Below, in pieces: positions 1 through 13,018 of a stretch of DNA of 64,000 nucleotides. The stretch covers positions 496,001 to 560,000 of the forward strand of contig OZ024740.1 of assembly GCA_964016885.1 (NCBI GenBank), read 5' to 3'. The notes beneath the pieces were generated by a model. It had not been told where the DNA came from. It saw only the letters and a program-made list of their open reading frames with translations, and searched no databases. The position numbers and the translations under genes were made by a program. Position 1 is the first letter of the stretch; each line of letters opens with the position of its first letter. Source of the stretch: Eledone cirrhosa (taxonomy: Eukaryota).

Positions 1-2
1 AT

Positions 3-35
<33 letters not shown>

Positions 36-102
36 TATAAATATATATAAATATAAATATATATATATAAATATATATAAATATAAATATATATATATAA
101 AT

Positions 103-133
<31 letters not shown>

Positions 134-134
134 A

Positions 135-167
<33 letters not shown>

Positions 168-191
168 AATATATATAAATATATATATATA
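1..191. repeat. (TA)n microsatellite with TAAA variants
   Basis: Pure TA/TAAA run, directly visible. Confidence 0.95.
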
Positions 192-797
192 TGGTATGGA
201 CACGTGATGCGCATGAAAGTCGATAGCTGTATAACAAAGTGCAGGGCAATAAAGATAGACGGTAGTCACGGAATAGGCAGACCTAGAAAAACCTGGGACG
301 AGCTGATAAACTCCGACATCACACACTTACACCTCTCCAAGACAATGTCACTGGACCGAGACCTTTGGCGGTACTCAGTAACAGAGAAGACCCGCCTTAC
401 CTAAATATATAGTAAAACCTACTCCAGCCAGTAGGCATCTCTAACAAATACACCCCGTCCCACCACCCCCACCCGATCCACACCACCCCGTTCTATGTAA
501 AGTTATGTTGGTGCCACGCCATCGAGGCCGAAACAAATGAGATCGTGTAGGTGTCACGACAAAAAAACACACAGTCCACGCTGTAATGTGGCCGTGTAGG
601 CAACACGGTAAAAACCTCCCAGACCCACACTGTAAATGTGGTTGGTGTTAGGAAGGGCATCCAACTGTAGAAAACCTGCCAGACAGTCCTATGCGAGCAA
701 GACAATCACTCTTGCCTCAAGTGGGACTACCCCCGTCCAAACCCATGCAAGCGTGGAACACGGACGTTAAACGCTGATGATGATGATGATGATGATG
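192..797 (+). mobile_element. RTE-A LINE, 5'-truncated 3' end (ORF C-terminus, 3'UTR, (GAT)n tail)
   Basis: ORF 204-404 WYGHVMRM...GRPRKTW motif; same 3'UTR as the longer copy at 17740-20745; ends GGACGTTAAACGCT(GAT)n. Confidence 0.9.
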
Positions 798-801
798 ATA
801 T

Positions 802-832
<31 letters not shown>

Positions 833-833
833 A

Positions 834-888
<55 letters not shown>

Positions 889-889
889 A

Positions 890-948
<59 letters not shown>

Positions 949-949
949 A

Positions 950-1018
<69 letters not shown>

Positions 1019-1019
1019 A

Positions 1020-1054
<35 letters not shown>

Positions 1055-1160
1055 AATATATATATATATCATCATTTCATTTTCATTTCATTTTACGTCC
1101 ACTTTTCCCTGCTTGCAAGGGTGGGACGGGAACTGATTATATATATATATATATATAAAT

Positions 1161-1249
<89 letters not shown>

Positions 1250-1279
1250 AATATATATATATAAATATAAATATATATA
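798..1279. repeat. (TA)n/TAAA array containing a ~60-bp SINE-A tail remnant (1076-1136, minus)
   Basis: TA run interrupted by TTTTACGTCCACTTTTCCCTGCTTGCAAGGGTGGGACGGGAACTGATT, matching SINE-A 3' ends. Confidence 0.9.
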
Positions 1280-1916
1280 TCATCATCATCATCAACGTTT
1301 AACGTCCGTGTTCCACGCTTGCATGGGTTTGGACGGGGGTAGTCCCACTTGAGGCAAGAGTGATTGTCTTGCTCGCATAGGACTGTCTGGCAGGTTTTCT
1401 ACAGTTGGATGCCCTTCCTAACACCAACCACATTTACAGTGTGGGTCTGGGAGGTTTTTACCGTGTTGCCTACACGGCCACATTACAGCGTGGACTGTGT
1501 GTTTTTTTGTCGTGACACCTACACGATCTCATTTGTTTCGGCCTCGATGGCGCGGCACCAACATAACTTTACATGGATCGGGTGGGGGTGGTGGTGGTGG
1601 GACGGGGTGTATTTTGTTAGAGATGCCTACTGGCTGGAGTAGGTTTTACTATATATTTAGGTAAGGCGGGTCTTCTCTGTTACTGAGTACCGCCAAAGGT
1701 CTCGGTCCAGTGACATTGTCTTGGAGAGGTGTAAGTGTGTGATGTCGGAGTTTATCAGCTCGTCCCAGGTTTTTCTAGGTCTGCCTATTCCGTGACTACC
1801 GTCTATCTTTATTGCCCTGCACTTTGTTATACAGCTATCGACTTTCATGCGCATCACGTGTCCATACCAACGTAGCCTTCTCTCGAGTAAACAACATCTG
1901 ATCCCTCTTATCTCTA
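1280..1916 (-). mobile_element. RTE-A LINE, 5'-truncated 3' end
   Basis: ORF 1657-1857 translates identically to 204-404; (CAT)n tail at 1280. Confidence 0.9.
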
Positions 1917-2071
1917 ATAAATATATATATATATATATATGTAAAGTTATATTTAAAATTGTTGGGTTACAACTAGTAAATATTTATAACTGATATAAAA
2001 GCACTCGACAAATATTTGGAGTATATTTACAATATTAAATAAATGGAAAACTATATTTATAAAACCATATT

Positions 2072-2137
2072 TATTTCATTATATATATTTCGGGGATATC
2101 ATATTAACAATATGCTATGCCTTCATCAGACAAAATA
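2072..2137 (-). ncRNA. Type I hammerhead ribozyme, long-stem-II family (in repeat ~1941-2180)
   Basis: Minus strand TATTTTGT-CTGATGA-AGGCATAGCATATTGTTAATATGATATCCCC-GAAA-TATATA-TA-ATGAAATA: intact core, stems I and II, palindromic stem III. Confidence 0.75.
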
Positions 2138-2224
2138 CAATATAAACAGTTTTATAGATAAATATATTCAACATACCGTAATAAACATCAACTTCATTTG
2201 AAGAGGTTTACGCGATATATATGT

Positions 2225-2600
2225 GAAATAGCGATATATATGTGAAGACAAACATATATATCGCTATTTCAGAGCATTAAATCCAAATTCTAATTTCTGC
2301 CGGACCGGCTACTGCTCTTTCAAACCAGTTCCTGTACACAACTAAGTATTCTATAAGTCTCTAGCTGTGTCGTTCTCAATAAAAGCATTGGATATGTAAT
2401 CCTGATGATTTCTAATAAGAATGAAACGCGTAGATTACTTCCCTTGCTTTTATCGAGAATCTCTAATTGTAATACGTGACGTATTCTATTCTATAGCGAT
2501 TGGGTCTTCAAAATGTTTATTATAAACATACAGAATATTTTCGAATATTCTATGTTTGTCTTCACATATATATCGCTATTTCAGAGCATTAAATCCAAAT
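2225..2600 (+). mobile_element. Retrozyme/Penelope pLTR-like unit (312-bp period) carrying the hammerhead
   Basis: 37-bp direct repeat 2252-2288 = 2564-2600; 32-bp inverted repeat 2225-2256 vs 2551-2582; hammerhead inside. Confidence 0.55.
2396..2438 (+). ncRNA. Minimal type I hammerhead ribozyme
   Basis: GTAATC-CTGATGA-TTTCTAATAAGAAT-GAAA-CGCG-TA-GATTAC: perfect 6-bp stem I, TTCT/AGAA stem II, palindromic CGCG stem III, GUA triplet. Confidence 0.8.
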
Positions 2601-4075
<1,475 letters not shown>

Positions 4076-4524
4076 CGATATTAACAAATGGAAACTATAT
4101 TTATAAAACCATATTTATTTCATTATACACCAAGTTAAATTATGGTGTGCTTTCATCAGATAAAATATAATATAGATTAGTTTTATAAATAAATATTGAC
4201 ATACCCTTACAAAATGCAACCATTACTGTTGGAAGCTCCCGGATAGTGGAGGTTAAGCTTAATTATATTATTATTAGTATTGGATATTTTTATTTTTAAA
4301 ATAAGCCGTTGGGTTACGGAGAAAGTGAAAGATAAAGAAGGAGAGAGAGAAAAAAAGAGAGAGAGAGAGGTCAAAACAGCAGAGAGAGAAAGATATATAG
4401 TGAGAGAGGAGACAGAGAGAATGGGAGAGAACAAAAAACTCTAATTCATATCTTGTTGTGTTAACTTAACAATTGGGATGAAATGAATAAATAAAATTAG
4501 AAATGTTAATAATCATGAATGGAA

Positions 4525-5256
4525 TCATCATCATCATCATCATCGTTTAACGTCCATGTTCCACGCTTGCATGGGTTTGGATGGGAGTTTTCCCAATTGA
4601 GGCAAGAGTCGTTGTCTTGCTCACATAGGACTGTCTGGCGGGTTTTCTACAGCTGGATGCCCTTCCTAACACCAACCACATTTACAGTGTGGACTGGGAG
4701 GTTTTTACCGTGTTACCTACACGGCCACATTAAAGCGTGGACTGTGTGTTGTTTTGTCGTGACACCTACACGATCTCATTTGTTTCGGGCTGGATGTTGT
4801 GGCACAAACATAACTTTACATTGAAAGGGGCGGTGTGGATGGGGTGGGGGTGGTAGGACGGGGGTGTATTTTGTTAGAGATGCCTACTGACTGTAGTAGG
4901 TTTTACTTTGTATTTAGGTAAGGCGGGTCTTCTCTATTACTGAGTGCCGCCAAAGATCTCGGTTCAGTGACATTGTCTTGGAGAGGTGTAAGTGTGTGAG
5001 GTCGGAGTTTATCAGGTCGTCCCAGGTTTTTCTGGGTCTGCCTACTCCGTGGCTACCGTCTATCTTTATTGCCCTGCACTTTTTTATACAGCTGTCGTCT
5101 TTCATGCGCATTACGTGACCATACCAACGTAGCCTTCTCTCGAGTAAACAACATCTGATCCCTCTTATTTCTAATTTTTCCCTTAGTTCGTTTATGCTTT
5201 GCCGTTCGCGTATATTACTATTACACATCCAGCGGAGCATGCAAGCTTCGTTCCTC
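4525..5256 (-). mobile_element. RTE-A LINE 3' fragment
   Basis: ORF 4914-5240 MLRWMC...RRLRWYGHVMRM; RTE-A 3'UTR and (CAT)n tail. Confidence 0.9.
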
Positions 5257-5714
5257 CTGAAAACTTTCTATCCCAGTCCGTTGTCCCAGTCTTCAAAAAG
5301 GGAAATAAGTCCCTTGCAGTGAACTACCGTCCGATCTCACTGACCTCTCATATTATCAAGGTATTTGAGAGTGTGGTGAGATCACGAATAACCCACTTTC
5401 TTGAAAGCAAAGACCTGCTGAACTCCAACCAACATGGTTTCCGTAATGGAAGGGACTGCCTAATGCAGCTCTTGCGTCACTTTGACGATGTTTTGAGAGC
5501 CTTGGGAGAGGGCTCCAACACTAATGTCATCTACCTTGATTTCAGCAAGGTCTTCGACATGGTTGATTATAAGATTCTACTGAAAAAACTATCCAATGTT
5601 GATGTATCTGGAAGGTTACTACAGTGGATCAAATGTTTCCTGACCGACATAACCCAGCATGTTGTAGTCGAAGGAGTAAAATCAAGCCCTGCCAAAGTCA
5701 GCAGTGGCGTCCCA
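5257..5714 (+). mobile_element. CR1-like LINE reverse transcriptase fragment
   Basis: VVPVFKKG..NYRPISLTS..NQHGFR..IYLDFSKVFD..SSGVP motifs. Confidence 0.85.
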
Positions 5715-5889
5715 TATATAATATGAGAAATTAACCATTGTTTAAATATGATTAGATGTTTAGTTAATCATTTAAAAATTGAGATCAATATATTAAAAAT
5801 TGGGATCTATATATTAAGAAATCCATATATTACTAGAGAACTACATATCATACAACACGTATACACATGCAAAAATACATATAAATATA

Positions 5890-6215
5890 TCATCATCATC
5901 ATCATCATCATCATCGTTTAACGTCCATATTCCACGCTTGCATGGGTTTGGACGGGAGTTTTCCCACTTGAGGCAAGAGTGGTTGTCTTGCTCGCATAGG
6001 ACTGTCTGGCGGGTTTTCTACGGCTGGATGCCCTTCCTAACACCAACCACATTTACAGTGTGGAACTGGGAGGTTTTTACCGTGTTACCTACACGGCCAC
6101 ATTACTGGATGTTGTGACACCAACATAACTTTACATTGAAAGGGGTGGTGTGGATGGGGTGGGGATAGTGGGACGGGGGGGTGTATTTTGTTAGAGGTGC
6201 CTACTGACTGTAGTA
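5890..6215 (-). mobile_element. RTE-A 3'UTR-only insertion with internal deletion
   Basis: Matches RTE-A 3'UTR; (CAT)n tail. Confidence 0.85.
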
Positions 6216-6551
6216 GGTATACACACTTATGAAATACATATACATATCTAACTCCGTATAAAATATATAGACACAAAACATAAAGGATTCTTTAATTTAA
6301 TTTCAGATATAGGAATCTTATGAAATATTATAATTGTTAAGATATTAAATGAAATTTTATGTTATACACACTTTGTTATTAAACAAAATTTTTTTTATAC
6401 AAGTTTTATAAGATTACCTGTTATGTATTTATGGCTGTTATTAGATGTCTATCTTTCACGAATCTTGTGATAATCACTATACATAAGTGCAATCAAATTG
6501 TATGGATATACACGCATATGTATATACACAATTCCCATATATTCATATATA

Positions 6552-6599
<48 letters not shown>

Positions 6600-6735
6600 A
6601 GTTGTAATAAAATGAAAACGAAATTTCATTTCTCACTCTTAGTACGGCACTTACTTATTATTACGCCCGCTTTGTTTTACAAACGAACAAAGCGGGCGTT
6701 ATAAACTGATACGTACATATATGTATGTGTACCTG

Positions 6736-6789
<54 letters not shown>

Positions 6790-6829
6790 TGCTACTGTAC
6801 GTCTGTATACATATATGTATGTACGTATA

Positions 6830-8303
6830 CATCATCATCATCATCATCATCATACGTCCGCTTTTCCCTGCTTGCAAGGGTGGGACGGGTCTTATTCAGC
6901 ACAGCATCTCTCCACTCGTCACGGTCCCTCGTCATCTCCACCGTGAGCTTCAATGATCTGAGGTCTGTTCTCACCACCTCCGCCCATGTTTTTCGTGGTC
7001 TACCTCTACCACGTCTTCCTTCAACTGGCATTTCCTGGCACTTCTTCACCTGTCGGTCATCCTCCATGCGCATCACATGTCCATACCACCTCAGTCTCCT
7101 CTCCCGTACACTACATTCTATCCCTCTCAGACACAGTTTCTCTCTCAACACATTTATGCTGGGTCGTTCACGCACATTTACACTGCACATCCAACGGAGC
7201 ATGCTTGCCTCATTTCTCTCCAGCCGTCGCATATCTTCTGCGGTAGCTGCCCATGTCTCACTACCATGCAGCATCGCGCTCCTCACACAGGCATCATACA
7301 ACCGGCCTTTCGTACGCAGGGAGAAACCCTTCTTCGTCAACAGAGGAAGCAGCTCCCTAAACTTCTTCCAACCCGTCCTTATTCTAGATACTATGGCCTC
7401 GGAACACCCTCCTCCCATGCTAATCTGATCTCCTAGGTACCGGAAGCTATCCACCACTTCTATAGCGCCCTCTCGCATTTGAAAAATGTGTCTATCAGTG
7501 CGACTTCTACTGTCTAATTTCCCTGTACATCTACTGCATACATATTTCTCCCTACCTGTTAGTTTGCCTGCTATCCCGCTACATCTCTTGTGTACCCAGG
7601 ACCTACATTGTGTGCATTTTATAGAATTTATGCCAGTTCCTTTTCTGCATATCGAACATGGCCATTTCCCTGACGGAATCAGGGTTTTGTCCTCTTTTCT
7701 ACTCATCAACACTTTTGTCTTAGCTAGATTTACTCTCAGTCCTCTTGCTTCCAACTGCTGTTTCCATAGCCGGAATTTATTCTCTAGCTCCTCTACTGAT
7801 TCTGCCATAAGAGCCAGATCGTCAGCATAGAGAAGTTCCCATGGACAGCCAGTCTTAAACTCCTCTGTTATGGCTTGGAGGACTATAATGAACAAGAGCG
7901 GGCTGAGGACCGAACCCTGATGTACTCCTACTTGTATCTGGAATTCCTCACTAAACTCCATTCCTACCCTGACTTTACTGAGAGTACCTCTGTACAAAGT
8001 TTGCACTGTCCTTACAAGCCATTCCTCAACACCCAGCTTCCTTAGGGACCACCAGATGACAGATCGGGGTACCCTATCAAAGGCCTTCTCTAGGTCAACA
8101 AAGGCTAAGTATAGTGGCTTATTCTTCTCTAAGAACCTCTCTTGCATTTGTCTCACCAAGAAGAGGGCATCTGTTGTACTCTTCCCAGGCACAAAACCAA
8201 ACTGCATCTCATCTAGTTTGACCCTTTCTCTAATTAGTTGTGCTAAAATCCTTTCTGCCACTTTCATAACCTGATCTATCAGTTTTATACCCCTATAATT
8301 GCT
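6830..8303 (-). mobile_element. RTE-C LINE, 5'-truncated, uninterrupted RT + PHD-like finger + C-terminus
   Basis: ORF 6792-8312: NYRGIKL, QFGF, FVDLEKAFD, GVHQGSVLSP, YADD, FRYLG; reads into the (GAT)n tail (DDDDDDD). Confidence 0.92.
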
Positions 8304-8394
8304 CCAATACATACATACTTATATATATATATATTTATATATATATATATTTATATATATTTATATATATATATAAATATATATATATAAATAT

Positions 8395-9891
8395 AATCTG
8401 GTGGGCTCTTAGAAAACTAGGAGTAGATGAATGGCTTGTGAAAGCGGTACAAGCCATGTATAGGGGAGCAGTCAGCAAAGTTAGGATTGGCAATGAGTAT
8501 AGCGAGGAATTTAGCGTACAGGTTGGGGTCCACCAGGGCTCTGTTCTTAGCCCTCTCCTGTTCATCATAGTCCTGCAGGCAATAACGGAGGAGTTTAAGA
8601 CCGGATGCCCATGGGAACTCCTGTATGCTGATGACCTCGCACTCATAGCTGAATCTATGGTAGAACTAGAGAATAAATTCCAAGCCTGGAAGCAGGGACT
8701 AGAGAGAAAGGGCCTCAAAGTCAACATGACAAAGACTAAGGTCCTTATAAGTAGACGAGAAAACAGAACCCAGATCCCCTCAGGGAAATGGCCTTGCTCA
8801 GTATGTAGGAAAGGTGTAGGTAGGAACTCCATTCTTTGCCCCAAATGCAAACAATGGGTACACAAGAGATGTAGTGGGATCTCAGGAAGCTTAATTAAGA
8901 ATGTAGGATTCACATGCAGCAGCTGTGCTGAAACAGCAAGCAAACAGCCACAGGAAACAAGTACCACCAATCTCTGGGAGGGCCCTGTAGAAACAGTAGA
9001 CAGCTTCTGCTACCTAGGTGACCGAATTAGCAACGGAGGTGGGTGCTCAGAAAGTACAATAACTAGGGTAAGAACGGGATGGAAGAAGTTTAGGGAACTA
9101 CTACCACTGCTAGCTGCAAAAGGCTTCTCCCTCAGAATGAAAGGCAGACTGTATGATGCGTGTATCCGAACAGCGATGTTGCATGGTAGTGAGACCTGGG
9201 CGCTGAAGGTGGAAGACTTACGTAGATTAGAGAGAAACGAAGCCTGCATGCTCCGATGGATGTGTAACAGTAATATACGTGAACGACAAAGCATAAATGA
9301 ATTGAGAGAGAGACTGAGCATAAGAGGAATCAAATGCTGCGTGCAGGAGAGGCGGTTACGCTGGTATGGACATGTGATGCGTATGAAGGATGACAGCTGC
9401 ATAAAAAGGTGCAGAGCACTAGAAGTTGATGGAAACCGCGGAGTGGGGAGACCCAAGATGACTTGGGATGAGGTGATAAAAGCCGACCTTACCCAACTAC
9501 ACCTCTCAAAGTCAATGACACACGACCGTGACTTCTGGCGTCACGCAGTAATACAGGGTACCCGACCTCCCATGGGTACATGCTGAAGCATATAAACAAT
9601 ATGCCCCCCCCCCCCCCCCACCGCAAGGTGGTCGTGGAGGTGCCACGGCAAAAAAGCACCCAGCCCACACTGTAAAGTGGACGTGTAGGCGCCACGAAAA
9701 AGCACCCAGCACTCACTGTAAATGAGGTTGGTGTTAGGAAGGGCATCCAGCTGTAGAAATCAAGCCAGATCAGTTCCTGTATGAGCAAGGCATGGTCAGC
9801 CGACCAGACACTGCCCACAACAGGACAACCCGTCTAACCCATGCTAGCGTGGAAGAACGGACGTAAAACGGTGATGATGATGATGATGATG

Positions 9892-9892
<1 letters not shown>
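8395..9892 (+). mobile_element. RTE-B LINE, 5'-truncated
   Basis: ORF 8438-9586 with GVHQGSVLSP, YADD, C4HC3 finger; distinct 3'UTR ending GGACGTAAAACGGT(GAT)n. Confidence 0.92.
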
Positions 9893-9930
<38 letters not shown>

Positions 9931-9932
<2 letters not shown>

Positions 9933-10311
9933 TCATTTCATTTTACGTCCCCTTTTCCCTGCTTGCAAGGGTGGGACGGGAACAAATTCTGGCTTGATTT
10001 CTACAGCTGGATGCCCTTCCTAGCACAAACCTCATTTACAGTGAGTGCTGGGTGCTTTTTTTCCGTGGTGCCTACACGTCCACTTTACAGTTTGGGCTGG
10101 GTGCTTTTTTGCCGTGGCACTTCCACGACCACTTTGCAGTGGAATGATAGGGACCCCAGTCCCTATCATCTCATTTCTACAGCTGAGTAAACTGGAGCAA
10201 TGTGAAATAAAGTGTCTTGCTTAAGGAAACAACACATCACCCAGTCTGAGAAATGAACTCACAACCTTTCGATTGCAAGGCCAATGCTCTAACCGCTAAG
10301 CCATGTGCCTC
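9931..10311 (-). mobile_element. SINE-A: tRNA-like head, CORE-like middle, RTE-type tail
   Basis: Head GAGGCACATGGCTTAGCGGTTAGAGC (A box) ...GAGTTCA (B-box-like); CCTTAAGCAAGACACTTTATTTCAC; tail shared with RTE-B/C. Confidence 0.85.
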
Positions 10312-10359
10312 CATATATATATATATTTATATATATATTTATTTATATATATATATATT

Positions 10360-10393
<34 letters not shown>

Positions 10394-10395
10394 TA

Positions 10396-10572
10396 TCATT
10401 CCACTATCATTCCACTGCAAAGTGGTCGTGGAGGTGCCACGGCAAAAAAGCACCCAGCCCTCGCTGTAAATGAGGTTGGTGTTAGGAAGGGCATCCAGCT
10501 GTAGAAATCAAGCCAGAATCAGTTCCTGTCCCACCTCTGCAAGCAGGGAAAAGCGGATGTAAAATGAAATGA
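10396..10572 (+). mobile_element. SINE-A 3' half
   Basis: Matches the 3' half of other SINE-A copies. Confidence 0.8.
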
Positions 10573-10587
10573 GATATATATATATAT

Positions 10588-12445
10588 GCGTAGCAGCATC
10601 ATCGTTAACTGTTACAAGGGTAAAGGAGACGCCCTAGATAGGAGTAACTATAGAGGCATTAAATTAATCGACCAGGTCATGAAGGTCACAGAAAAAGTAA
10701 TAGCGCAACTAATCAGATAGAGAATTGATCTAGATGAAATGCAGTTCGGGTTTGTGTCAGGCAAAAGTACCACAGACGCTCTTTTCATTGTACGACAACT
10801 ACAGAAGTACCTAGCTAAAAGTAAACCCCTATACTTAGCTTTTGTCGACTTGGAGAAAGCCTTCGACAGAGTCCCCCGTTCCATTATCTGGTGGGCTCTT
10901 AGAAAACTAGGTGTTGACGAATGGCTTGTGAGAGCTATACAAGCCATGTATAAAGAAACAGTCAGCAAGGTTAGAATTAACAACGAATATAGTGAAGAGT
11001 TTAGCGTAAAAGTTGGTGTCCATCAGGGCTCTGTTCTTAGCCCCCTACTATTTATTATTGCCCTTGAGGCTATAACAGAGGAGTTCAAGACCGGCTGCCC
11101 ATGGGAACTCCTATACGCAGATGATCTAATGCTGATAGCTGAATCAATGGCCGAGCTAGAGAAGAAATTCCAAACATGGAAGCACGGCCTAGAATCAAAA
11201 GGCCTTAAAATTAACCTGGCTAAGACTAAAGTTCTAGTTTGTAGGAAAGAAAATAAGGCGCCGGTCCCTTCCAGGAAATGGCCATGCTCAGTGTGTAGGA
11301 AAGGCGTAGGTAGAAACTCCATTTTATGTCCCAAATGCAAAGTATGGGTGCATAAAAGATGTAGTGGGATCACAGGTAAGCTAACTAAGAATATAGGTTT
11401 TACATGTGGCCGGTGCTCTGGTGCAATAAGTAGCAGCATGTGCCCACAAAATACTAGCTCTTTCAATTGCGCAGAGGGTTCTATAGAAATAGTGGACAGC
11501 TTCCGTTACCTGGGTGACAAAATCAGCAGTACTGAAAGTACAGTAGCTAGAGTCAGAACTGGATGGAAAAAGTTCAGAGAGCGTATACCACTATTAGCCG
11601 CTAGAGGGTTCTCCCTAAAAATGAAAGGCAGGTCATACGATGCCTGCATACGAACAGCAATGTTGCATGGCAGTGAGACCTGGGCATTGTGTGCAGAGGA
11701 TATACGCAGACTAGAGAGGAACGAAGCTTGCATGCTCCGCTGGATGTGTAATAGTAATATACATGAACGGCAAAGCATAAACGAACTAAGGAAAATATTA
11801 GAAATAAGAGGGATCAGATGTTGTTTACTCGAGAGAAGGCTACGTTGGTATGGTCACGTGATGCGCATGAAAGACGACAGCTGTATAACAAAGTGCAGGG
11901 CAATAAAGATAGACGGTAGCCACGGAATAGGCAGACCCAGAAAAACCTGGGACAAGCTGATAAATTCCTACCTCACACACTTACACCTCTCCAAGACAAT
12001 GTCACTGGACTGAGACCTTTGGCGGTACTCAGTAACAGAGAAGACCCGCCTTACCTAAATACAAAGTAAAACCTACTACAGTCAGTAGGCATCTCTAACA
12101 AAATACACCCCTGTCCCACCACCACCACCCCATCCACACTGCCCCTTTCAATGTAAAGTTATGTTGGATGCCACAACATCCAGGCCGAAACATGAGATCG
12201 TGTAGGTGTCACGACAAAAAAAACACACAGTCCATGCTGTAATGTGGCCGTATAGGCAACACGGTAAAAACCTCCCAGCCCCACACTGTAAATGTGGTTG
12301 GTGTTAGGAAGGGCATCCAGCTGTAGAAAACCTGCCAGACAATCCTATGCGAGCAATGACAACCACTCTTGCCTCAAGTGGGAAAACTCCCATCCAAACC
12401 CATGCAAGCGTGGAACATGGACGTTAAACGATGATTATGATGATG

Positions 12446-12446
<1 letters not shown>
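10588..12446 (+). mobile_element. RTE-A LINE, 5'-truncated (RT, PHD-like finger, 3'UTR)
   Basis: ORF 10739-12013 with YADD; RTE-A 3'UTR; GAT tail; TA-rich sequence on both sides. Confidence 0.92.
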
Positions 12447-12478
<32 letters not shown>

Positions 12479-12499
12479 AATATATAAATATAAATAAAT

Positions 12500-12532
<33 letters not shown>

Positions 12533-12716
12533 TAAATATAAATATAAATATATATATATATAAATATAAATATATATAAATATATTTATATTTATATATA
12601 TATATATATTTATATATTTATATTTATATATTTATATTTATATATATTTATATTTATATATTTATATATATATATTTATATATATTTATTTATATATTTA
12701 TATTTATTTATATATA
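12447..12716. repeat. (TA)n array, TAAA variants switching to TTTA
   Basis: Directly visible. Confidence 0.92.
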
Positions 12717-13018
12717 TCATTTCATTTTACATTCGCTTTTCCCTGCTTGCAAAGGTGGGACGGGAACTGATTCTGGCTTGATTTCTACAGCTGGATGCCC
12801 TTCCTAACACCAACCTCATTTACAGTGAGGGCTGGGTGCTTTTTTGCCGTGGCACCTCCACGACTCCCTATCATCTCATTTCTACAGCTTAGTAAACTGG
12901 AGCAATGTGAAATAAAGTGTCTTGCTCAAGGAAACAACACACATCACCCGGTCTGAGAATTGAACTCACAACCTTTCGATTGCAACGCCAATGCTCTAAC
13001 CACTAAGCCATGTGCCTC
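12717..13018 (-). mobile_element. SINE-A
   Basis: Same head, middle and tail as 9931-10311. Confidence 0.85.

Larger units (their letters stand above)
4075..6530 (-). mobile_element. Non-coding hammerhead-bearing repeat (Penelope-like LTR family), interrupted by insertions; ribozyme at 4116-4167 has lost its GAAA
   Basis: 4075-4524 and 5715-6530 match the reverse complement of 16830-17670; CTGATGA and stem I retained but 3' stem II/GAAA deleted. Confidence 0.65.
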
